A program made the translations under genes and the position numbers. 32,000 bases of DNA from Formosa sp. Hel1_33_131 (GTDB taxonomy: Bacteria; Bacteroidota; Bacteroidia; Flavobacteriales; Flavobacteriaceae). How positions within the stretch are numbered: the stretch's first letter is position 1; each line of letters opens with the position of its first letter. The stretch lies in assembly GCF_001735745.1 (NCBI RefSeq), contig NZ_CP017260.1, forward strand, positions 2,280,001 to 2,312,000, read 5' to 3'. Below, piece after piece: positions 24,885 through 32,000 of the stretch. The notes beneath the pieces were generated by a model. The model saw only the letters and a list, made by a program, of their open reading frames with translations. It had not been told where the DNA came from and made no database searches.

Positions 24885-25412
24885 CTAGCTGTTTTTTGAT
24901 AATTTTTTAGTGAATTCATACAGTGCAATACTGGTGGCTTGCACCACATTCATGCTGCTATTTTGTCCATACATTTCAATATGAACCACAGAATCGCAAC
25001 ACTCTAAAATGGAAGCTGAAATCCCATGACTTTCATCGCCAATCACGAATGCGATTTTAGAATTTTTCTTAAGTTTCAGTTCCGAAATCGGAATGCTCTT
25101 GTCTGTAATCTCAAGTGCAATAAGTATATAATTTTGAGCCTTTAATTCTTGAATTTTATCCGAAAGCGTTTCGACTTGTTCAAAAGAAACCGATTGTTCC
25201 GTTGCTCTAGACGTTCTAGTAAATTTTCGACCCAGCTCCACAACAGGACCGCCAAGTATTAAGTGTTCAATACCAAACGCATCAGCCGTTCTAAACAAGC
25301 TGCCCAAATTGGCAGCATGCGATACATTGTCACTTATTAAAACAATTGGAAACTGTTGTTTTGTAAACTTAGAAGTGTAATGATTGAGTTGCATGGAGCG
25401 TCTAGTTTTCAA
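24885..25412 (-). CDS. TrmH/SpoU family RNA 2'-O-methyltransferase
   Basis: A 175 aa ORF with the motifs NLGSLFRTADAFG, IGDESHGIS and SSMNVVQATSIALYE. Confidence 0.85.
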   Translation of the reverse strand: MKTRRSMQLNHYTSKFTKQQFPIVLISDNVSHAANLGSLFRTADAFGIEHLILGGPVVELGRKFTRTSRATEQSVSFEQVETLSDKIQELKAQNYILIALEITDKSIPISELKLKKNSKIAFVIGDESHGISASILECCDSVVHIEMYGQNSSMNVVQATSIALYEFTKKLSKNS

Positions 25413-26046
25413 AGGCGTATTTAATAATATTCGCCCCCATTTTCAAGGCTTTTAAGCGCATCGCTTCGGGATCGTTGTGCACATTCGCATCTTCCCATCC
25501 ATCACCTAAATCACTTTCAAAAGTGAATAATAAAACTAGTTTTCCTTCATGAAAATAACCCAATGCTTTTGGTGCCAATCCATCGTGCTCGTGAATTTTC
25601 GGCAACCCTCTTGGGAACGAAAACGCACTGTTGTATATCGGATGTGATAAAGAAATTTCACTCATCTTTTTATCTGGAAATACTGTTTTTAGAGCTTCTA
25701 AAATATAAGGCTTCATGCCGTAATTGTCATCAATATGTAAAAATCCACCAGACAATAAATAGGCTCTTAAATTTTCGGAATCAGATTCTGAAAATGCCAC
25801 ATTCCCATGACCTGTCATGTGTATAAACGGGTATTCAAAAATAGCAGCACTTCCCACTTCCACGGTTTGGGGTTTGGCGTCCATGGCCGTTTGAATGTTG
25901 GAATTACAAAACTGAATTAAATTTTTTAAAGCTGTCGGATTGCTATACCAATCGCCTCCGCCATCATATTTTAAAACCGCTAAATTTTGACTTCCACAGA
26001 AGTGAATTCCTAAAATCAAAAATATATATACATACCGTTTATTCAT
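25402..26046 (-). CDS. DUF4159 domain-containing protein
   Basis: It has a signal peptide followed by LKYDGGGDWYSNPTALKNL, which I recognise as the DUF4159 N-terminal signature. It overlaps the genes on both sides by a few nt. Confidence 0.7.
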   Translation of the reverse strand: MNKRYVYIFLILGIHFCGSQNLAVLKYDGGGDWYSNPTALKNLIQFCNSNIQTAMDAKPQTVEVGSAAIFEYPFIHMTGHGNVAFSESDSENLRAYLLSGGFLHIDDNYGMKPYILEALKTVFPDKKMSEISLSHPIYNSAFSFPRGLPKIHEHDGLAPKALGYFHEGKLVLLFTFESDLGDGWEDANVHNDPEAMRLKALKMGANIIKYAFEN

Positions 26047-26743
26047 TGCAAAGTTGAATTGTGTGACTCGCCACGATTCCAGCCGTTTCGGTGCGAAGTC
26101 TTGACGCTCCTAAAGATACAGGAATATACTGATGTTTCAAAGCTTCCTCAATTTCTTTGGGACTAAAATCGCCTTCGGGACCAATTAATATCGTGATGGA
26201 TTCTCCAGCTTTGATTTGATCTTTAAATTTTAATTTCTCTCCGTCTTCGCAGTGCGCTATAAATTTAGAACCTTCTTGAGCTGTTTTTATGAAATCAGAA
26301 AAACGAATGGCGGGAGCCAAAGTTGGCAAATAGGAGTGAAGCGATTGTTTCATCGCAGATTGTAAGATTTTCTCAAACCGTTCTGTTTTGATGACTTTTC
26401 GCTCACTGTTCTGACAAATAATTGGTGTGATTTGATCCACGCCAATTTCAGTGGCTTTTTCGATAAACCACTCGTAACGATCGTTCATTTTTGTGGGTGC
26501 AACGGCTAGGTTAATTGTATAAGATCTTGGCGCTTCAAAGGTTGATTTTAAGATGGTAACCACACATTTGTTATGGTTTGGGATGACCACTTCTGCTTCA
26601 AACATCCACCCTTTTCCGTTGGTGATTAGAAGCAAATCTCCCGTAGATTTCCGCAATACTTTTACAATATGACGACTTTCATCTTTTGAAAAGTTAAAAG
26701 TTTCTGTAGACGCCTCCAGCTCTGAATTGTAGAATAATTGCAT
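26039..26743 (-). CDS. rsmE: 16S rRNA (uracil(1498)-N(3))-methyltransferase RsmE
   Basis: A 234 aa ORF with an MQLFY... N-terminus, HIVKVLRKSTGD, and the C-terminal block ILIGPEGDFSPKEIE...LGASRLRTETAGI, colinear with E. coli RsmE. Confidence 0.9.
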   Translation of the reverse strand: MQLFYNSELEASTETFNFSKDESRHIVKVLRKSTGDLLLITNGKGWMFEAEVVIPNHNKCVVTILKSTFEAPRSYTINLAVAPTKMNDRYEWFIEKATEIGVDQITPIICQNSERKVIKTERFEKILQSAMKQSLHSYLPTLAPAIRFSDFIKTAQEGSKFIAHCEDGEKLKFKDQIKAGESITILIGPEGDFSPKEIEEALKHQYIPVSLGASRLRTETAGIVASHTIQLCNE

Positions 26744-26748
26744 TTGAG

Positions 26749-27771
26749 TTATAGTTTAAGTCGAGCCGTAGCCATAATGCTTTGATCCGCGTAATTTTTC
26801 TCTAAATATTTTAAATGCCCTACAATCGCAATCATTGCGGCATTGTCCGTTGTGAATTCAAAAGCAGGCACAAAGGTTTTCCAACCATAGCGACTTTCAG
26901 CTTCTTTCAAAGCGTCTCTGATTCCTGAATTTGCAGAAACACCGCCGCCGATCGCAATGCGGTTGATTCCCGTTTCTTTGACAGCTAATTTTAGTTTGTC
27001 CATCAAAATTCCTACAATGGTATATTGGATGGACGCACACACATCATCCAGATTCTCTTCAATAAATTGAGGATTTTCTTTCAGCTGTTTTTGTATGAAG
27101 TATAAGATCGCTGTTTTTAACCCTGAAAAACTAAAATTGAGCCCCGCTACTTTAGGTTTCGTAAACTTAAACGCTTTCGGGTTTCCTAATTTTGCACGTT
27201 TGTCAATTTCGGGGCCAGCAGGATAGCCGAGTCCTAAAATTTTACCACTCTTGTCAAAGGCTTCTCCAACGGCATCATCAATCGTTTCGCCAATAACCGT
27301 CATTTTAAAATGAGCATCGACACGCACAATTTGCGTATGTCCACCAGAAATGGTCATCGCTAGAAATGGAAATTCAGGTTTTTCAGTATCTTCATTTTCA
27401 ATAAAGTGTGCCAAAATATGAGCTTGCATGTGGTTGACATCGATTAACGGAATGTCGAGTCCATAAGCCAATGATTTTGCAAATGAAGTCCCTACCAACA
27501 AAGACCCCATCAATCCAGGGCCTTGCGTAAATGCCACGGCACTGAGGTCTGCTAACGAAATCCCTGCTTGTTCAATGGCCTGATCGACCACAGGAACGAT
27601 GTTTTGCTGATGCGCTCTTGAAGCCAATTCTGGAACCACCCCACCATATTTTTGATGGATTGCTTGGTTGGCAACAACATTACTCAGTACGTTTCCATTG
27701 CACAGAATGGCCGCTGCCGTGTCGTCACAAGAAGATTCAATTCCTAAAATGTATGTATTTTTTGAGCGCAT
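26749..27771 (-). CDS. tsaD: tRNA N6-adenosine threonylcarbamoyltransferase TsaD
   Basis: A 340 aa ORF with ILGIESSCDDTAAA, GVVPELASRAH, NHMQAH and GGVSAN motifs of the Kae1/TsaD family. Confidence 0.95.
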   Translation of the reverse strand: MRSKNTYILGIESSCDDTAAAILCNGNVLSNVVANQAIHQKYGGVVPELASRAHQQNIVPVVDQAIEQAGISLADLSAVAFTQGPGLMGSLLVGTSFAKSLAYGLDIPLIDVNHMQAHILAHFIENEDTEKPEFPFLAMTISGGHTQIVRVDAHFKMTVIGETIDDAVGEAFDKSGKILGLGYPAGPEIDKRAKLGNPKAFKFTKPKVAGLNFSFSGLKTAILYFIQKQLKENPQFIEENLDDVCASIQYTIVGILMDKLKLAVKETGINRIAIGGGVSANSGIRDALKEAESRYGWKTFVPAFEFTTDNAAMIAIVGHLKYLEKNYADQSIMATARLKL

Positions 27772-27990
27772 TAAGACGATTTAGTGATAATATTCGTTTA
27801 ATTTGTATTAAAATAAACGACTTACATTGTCCATTAACAGGACAACTGCAAAGAAATAAAAAAAATAGCACTAAAATAAATGCTTTGGGTAGTTTAAATT
27901 TTAGGATAATTAGTTAAATTGTAAATAAAATAACCAGTCTCGCTTATCAAGAACTATTTTAAAATACTGATAAAATTTGTAACAGCCCTC

Positions 27991-30900
27991 GTGCTGATAT
28001 TCTTGCTATTGGTCTTGGTGTTGTCCATTCCAACGGTCCAAACACGTCTAGGAAGTTATGCCACCAATTCAATTAATGAGACCTACGGGACTGCTATTAA
28101 AATAGAAAAAGTAGGACTTCAGTTTAATGGCGATGTGGAACTTAAAAACATTCTCATTAAGGATCATTACGATGCCCCCTTGATTTCCATTACTGAATTA
28201 AACAGTTCTATTTTAAGTTTTGTTAAACTCGCAGATAGTAAACTCACATTTGCAGACATCGATTTGTACGATCTGTTTTTTCACATAAAAAACTACAAGG
28301 GGGAAGTTGATACGAATTTAGATGTTTTTGTTGCTAAGTTTGATGAAAATAATCCAATTAAAAAGATTGACAAGTCAATAACGCTAACGAATTCACAAAA
28401 AAGCAGTGATTTTTTGCCTCCCGATAAGTTTCTTTTATCATCAAGCGAGGTTCGAATACACAACAGCAAGTTTTTGCTAACAGATGAAAACCTAGAGAAC
28501 CCTACGGTTTTAGATCTTCATACCCTTAATTTATCGGCTTCTGATTTTTTAATCTTAGGTGCTGACGTAAAAACTTCTATTACGAGTTTAAGTTTTGAAG
28601 ATTCAAGAGGGGCTCAAATGCAAAATCTCGAAACTGATTTTTCATATTCGTTAACTCAAATGACGTTTGAGCAACTAGAAATTAAAAGTCCACGTTCCTC
28701 ACTTTCAGGTCGCCTGCAATTTGATTACGACCGAACGGATTTTAAAGACTTTTTAGAGAAAGTTAAAATTTCTGGTTTTTTTAAAAACAGCACTATAGAC
28801 CTCGAAGAATTGAATGTGTTTTATGATGAATTTGGATCCAATCAAAAAGCGGATTTAAACACTGTTTTTTCAGGAACATTGAATGATTTACTACTAGAAG
28901 AAATTGATTTAATAACGGTAGATAATACGTCTATTGTTGGAGAAATTCAATTTAAACATCTGTTTAAAGACACCTCGGAAAATTTTGAAATGGAAGGAGA
29001 TTTTGAACAAATAGCGTCCACTTACTCCGATTTAAAAGCATTATTACCAAGAGTTTTAGGGAATAGTCTCCCTTCTAATTTTGCCACTCTGGGGCGTTTT
29101 GATATGCGAGGAACAGCAAAGGTTTCTAATAAAACAATTGAAACGCTTATGGATATTGAGACGGATATTGGCACTCTTTTTGTGGATTTGAATTTAGATC
29201 AAATCGAAGCGATAGACAATGCGTCTTATGTAGGCCAAATTCAATTGACCGATTTTGATTTAGGCAATGTAATGGGAGAACCGAAAATTGGATTGGTAAC
29301 ATCAAGCCTAAATGTTGAGGGGCGTGGTTTTAATAAAGAAACGCTCAATTCTAACATCACAGGTACGTTTGATTCGTTTTCATTTCAAGAGTATATCTAC
29401 ATAGATTTAGAGGTTTCAGGAGTAATTAAAAATAAAATCTTTAATGGTCAATTAGATATCGATGATCCGAACCTGAAATTCAATTTTGAAGGGCTTGTAG
29501 ATTTTTCTAAAAAGGAAAATATTTATGATTTTTCTGCTGCAATTGAACACGCCAATCTGAATGCTTTAAACTTTGTGCAAAGAGACAGTCTTTCTGTTCT
29601 AAATGGACAAATGACAATGGACATGAAAGGCACAACTATTGACGATGTGTATGGCGCCATCAAGTTTAAAAATGCGCTCTATCAAAATCAACATGACAGT
29701 TATGCATTCAAAGATTTTGAGATCACTTCGGAGTTTGGAGATAAGAACGAAAGAACTATCAGAGTCAATTCTCCAGAAATCGTTCAAGGGAATCTAAAAG
29801 GAAAATTTATAATTAACGAATTGCCTAATTTGTTACGAAATGCACTCGGAGATATTTATACCAAATACAAACCTTACAAGGTTAAAGAAGGTCAGTATTT
29901 TAATTTCAATTTTAAAATTTATAATAAAATTGTTGAAATTTTTTCACCGGAATTAAAATTAGGGTCTAATACGTTTACAAGGGGTAGAGTAGAAAGCGAC
30001 CCTAAAAATTTCAACTTAACTTTTAGATCCCCCAACATCCGATTGGAAGATTTTTTTGCAAGCAAAATTGAAGTACAACTCGTCAATGACAACCCTTTGT
30101 TTAATTCCTATATTGAGGTTGACAGTCTGGCGACTCCTTATTATAATGCATCAGAATTTAGTTTGATTAATGTAACCTTAAATGATACGCTCTATGTTAA
30201 ATCGGAGTTTAAAGGCGGTAAAAATTCGTTAGATGCCTTTGATCTAAATCTGTACTACACCATTGATGAAAACAATAAATCGGTTGTTGGTCTCAAGAAG
30301 TCGAATGCTAATTTTAAAAAGACCCCGTGGCTCATAAATGGGGCGCAAAACAAGCAAAACAAAATTATATTTGACAGATCTTTTGAGGAGATTATTGTCG
30401 ATAACATAAACATGTCTTACGACAATGAAGACATTCTTTTAAATGCTGCTATTCAGGGGAGTCAAAATAAGGATATCAATCTTGATTTCACGAATGTTGA
30501 TTTAGCCAAAGTAACCCCTACAATCAAAAATTTAAAACTCGGGGGTAATCTGAATGGGCAATTAAACATAAGCCAACTAGAAAGCGTCTATCTACCAAAA
30601 TCTAGTTTGACTATTGATAATTTGGAAGTTAATGAATTTAATTTAGGATCCTTCAAAGCGGACATTCAAGGCAATCAATCGTTGACCAATTATGATGTCA
30701 ATGTATCTTTAAAAGAGGGCGATTTGGAATCGTTATCAGTCGTTGGTTCTTTGGATGTGTCTGGAGAAAATTCAGAGCTCAATCTAGACATCTACTTTAA
30801 TAAATTTATTTTAAATCCCTTAAACCCTTTTGGAGATGGGGTGATTACTAAAATTCGTGGCGACGTTTCGGGAATTGCAAACGTTAGTGGTCGTCTAGAA

Positions 30901-32000
30901 AAACCTCAAATTGAAGGGGTCTTAAGACTCAATAATGGAGGACTAGCGATTCCATATCTGAATGTAGATTATGGCTTTCAAAATAATACAATTGTTAATT
31001 TAAAGGAGCAACGTTTTATTTTTGATAAAGCGTTAATGCTCGATGTCGACTATGAATCTCAAGCGTCTCTAAATGGAAGCATCAGTCATATTAATTTTTC
31101 AAATTGGGCTTTAGATCTTCATATAGATTCGGACCGTTTATTGGTGCTAAACACGGATTTACAAGACGAATCGATCTATTATGGAACTGCTTTTGTAGAT
31201 GGAACGATTGATGTTTCAGGTCCTACAGACCAATTATTTATTGAAGCGAATGTGACTACATCTGAAGGAACGATCTTTAAAATCCCTTTAAGTGACAATG
31301 AAATTTTAGCAGAAAAATCCTACATTCATTTTTTGAGTCCTGAGGAAAAATCGAATCAAAACAGTGGTCAAGCCTTAGTAGTGGATGATATTTCGGGAGT
31401 TGAGATGGAGTTTAATATGGATATAAACGATAATGCCGAAATTGAAATTGTACTCGATAAAGAAACGGGAAGTTCCATTATGGGGCGTGGAAATGGAAGT
31501 ATGTTGGCACAAATAAATACGAAAGGGAAGTTTCAAATGTTTGGAGATTTTATTGTGCTCTCAGGGATTTATAACTTCGCATTTGGGCAAATTATACAAA
31601 AACAATTCAAAGTGGTGAAAGATGGTACACTTGCTTGGAATGGGAACCCTCTGAGTGCCGAAATAAATATCAAAGCCCTTTACGATGGCATTAGCGTCAA
31701 TCCTTCCACATTATTAGATAACCCAATTAATCAAAGCATTCCAACAGAGGTTGAAATTCATTTAACAGGAGAATTAGAGCAACCCGATTTAAACTTTGAC
31801 ATACGATTTCCAAATATCAATTCCACTTTAAATAGTGAGTTAGCCGATCGATTACGCGATAAAGATAAACGTGAATTCCAGGCTTTATCGCTATTGGCAA
31901 CGGGGTCTTTTAGAAGCGAACTGACTTTGGATTCACAAGATGCTTTTGGGCTCGTTTCAGATGGTGTGACCAATATGTTGAACGATTTGTTTTCGGATGA
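27991..32000 (+). CDS. tamB: Translocation and assembly module protein TamB (DUF490 family), 3'-partial (runs off the window)
   Basis: A frame-1 ORF is open from 27934 to the window end, which is probably why it is absent from the ORF track. Its N-terminus ...LIFLLLVLVLSIPTVQTRLGSYATNSINETYGTAIKIEKVGLQFNGDVELKNILIKD is typical of Flavobacteriia TamB. The start is uncertain: no in-frame ATG exists, and GTG at 27991 is the first canonical alternative. Confidence 0.8.
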   Translation, partial: MLIFLLLVLVLSIPTVQTRLGSYATNSINETYGTAIKIEKVGLQFNGDVELKNILIKDHYDAPLISITELNSSILSFVKLADSKLTFADIDLYDLFFHIKNYKGEVDTNLDVFVAKFDENNPIKKIDKSITLTNSQKSSDFLPPDKFLLSSSEVRIHNSKFLLTDENLENPTVLDLHTLNLSASDFLILGADVKTSITSLSFEDSRGAQMQNLETDFSYSLTQMTFEQLEIKSPRSSLSGRLQFDYDRTDFKDFLEKVKISGFFKNSTIDLEELNVFYDEFGSNQKADLNTVFSGTLNDLLLEEIDLITVDNTSIVGEIQFKHLFKDTSENFEMEGDFEQIASTYSDLKALLPRVLGNSLPSNFATLGRFDMRGTAKVSNKTIETLMDIETDIGTLFVDLNLDQIEAIDNASYVGQIQLTDFDLGNVMGEPKIGLVTSSLNVEGRGFNKETLNSNITGTFDSFSFQEYIYIDLEVSGVIKNKIFNGQLDIDDPNLKFNFEGLVDFSKKENIYDFSAAIEHANLNALNFVQRDSLSVLNGQMTMDMKGTTIDDVYGAIKFKNALYQNQHDSYAFKDFEITSEFGDKNERTIRVNSPEIVQGNLKGKFIINELPNLLRNALGDIYTKYKPYKVKEGQYFNFNFKIYNKIVEIFSPELKLGSNTFTRGRVESDPKNFNLTFRSPNIRLEDFFASKIEVQLVNDNPLFNSYIEVDSLATPYYNASEFSLINVTLNDTLYVKSEFKGGKNSLDAFDLNLYYTIDENNKSVVGLKKSNANFKKTPWLINGAQNKQNKIIFDRSFEEIIVDNINMSYDNEDILLNAAIQGSQNKDINLDFTNVDLAKVTPTIKNLKLGGNLNGQLNISQLESVYLPKSSLTIDNLEVNEFNLGSFKADIQGNQSLTNYDVNVSLKEGDLESLSVVGSLDVSGENSELNLDIYFNKFILNPLNPFGDGVITKIRGDVSGIANVSGRLEKPQIEGVLRLNNGGLAIPYLNVDYGFQNNTIVNLKEQRFIFDKALMLDVDYESQASLNGSISHINFSNWALDLHIDSDRLLVLNTDLQDESIYYGTAFVDGTIDVSGPTDQLFIEANVTTSEGTIFKIPLSDNEILAEKSYIHFLSPEEKSNQNSGQALVVDDISGVEMEFNMDINDNAEIEIVLDKETGSSIMGRGNGSMLAQINTKGKFQMFGDFIVLSGIYNFAFGQIIQKQFKVVKDGTLAWNGNPLSAEINIKALYDGISVNPSTLLDNPINQSIPTEVEIHLTGELEQPDLNFDIRFPNINSTLNSELADRLRDKDKREFQALSLLATGSFRSELTLDSQDAFGLVSDGVTNMLNDLFSD

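Noticed and set aside
29599-29787. Short minus-strand ORFs inside tamB (also 31758..31973), and antisense ORFs within the 10.8-16.1 kb operon (e.g. 11776..12054, 15146..15490)
   Set aside because: All lie antisense to long, motif-supported coding regions and show no recognisable features.
1-32000. rRNA genes, CRISPR arrays and additional complete tRNAs
   Set aside because: Visual scanning of both strands found no conserved rRNA segments, no regularly spaced repeats of 25 bp or more, and no further T-arm (GGTTCGAATCC-like) signatures.

Overview
This is an AT-rich chromosomal segment with Bacteroidota/Flavobacteriia hallmarks: TAnnTTTG -7 boxes, many MKK...C lipoproteins, a DUF6443/Rhs-type toxin gene and a divergent tsaD-tamB pair. 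The backbone comprises a penicillin-acylase-family gene, trmL, a seven-gene envelope biosynthesis cluster (10.8-18.0 kb), a block of RNA-modification genes (SAM methyltransferase, TrmH-family, DUF4159, rsmE, tsaD), and tamB running off the window end. Three accessory segments sit in this backbone, each bounded by a duplicated gene terminus. (1) An integrase-bearing island ends at a 5'-truncated tRNA-Arg(UCU) at 5591-5651. Its cargo includes a two-gene operon pairing an HsdR_N/PD-(D/E)xK nuclease-fold protein with a minimal 6-TM voltage-sensor-type channel that has a non-canonical pore. I consider this a candidate undescribed sensor/effector (defence-like) module. (2) A 1.7 kb Fic cassette lies between the apparent native trmL promoter plus a decayed trmL 5' fragment (8556-8620) and the intact trmL. 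(3) A 5.6 kb segment is bounded by two 72-nt versions of the 3' end of the SAM-methyltransferase gene (18109-18180 and 23694-23765). It holds a decapitated Rhs/DUF6443 toxin gene, an orphan toxin C-terminal domain with a putative immunity gene, and an orphan lipoprotein. Three about 720 bp RAYT/IS200-like elements (99.6-100% identical), flanked by REP-like inverted hairpins, are interleaved with these. I found no rRNA genes, CRISPR array or complete tRNA. All functional calls rest on motif recognition by eye; no database searches were run.
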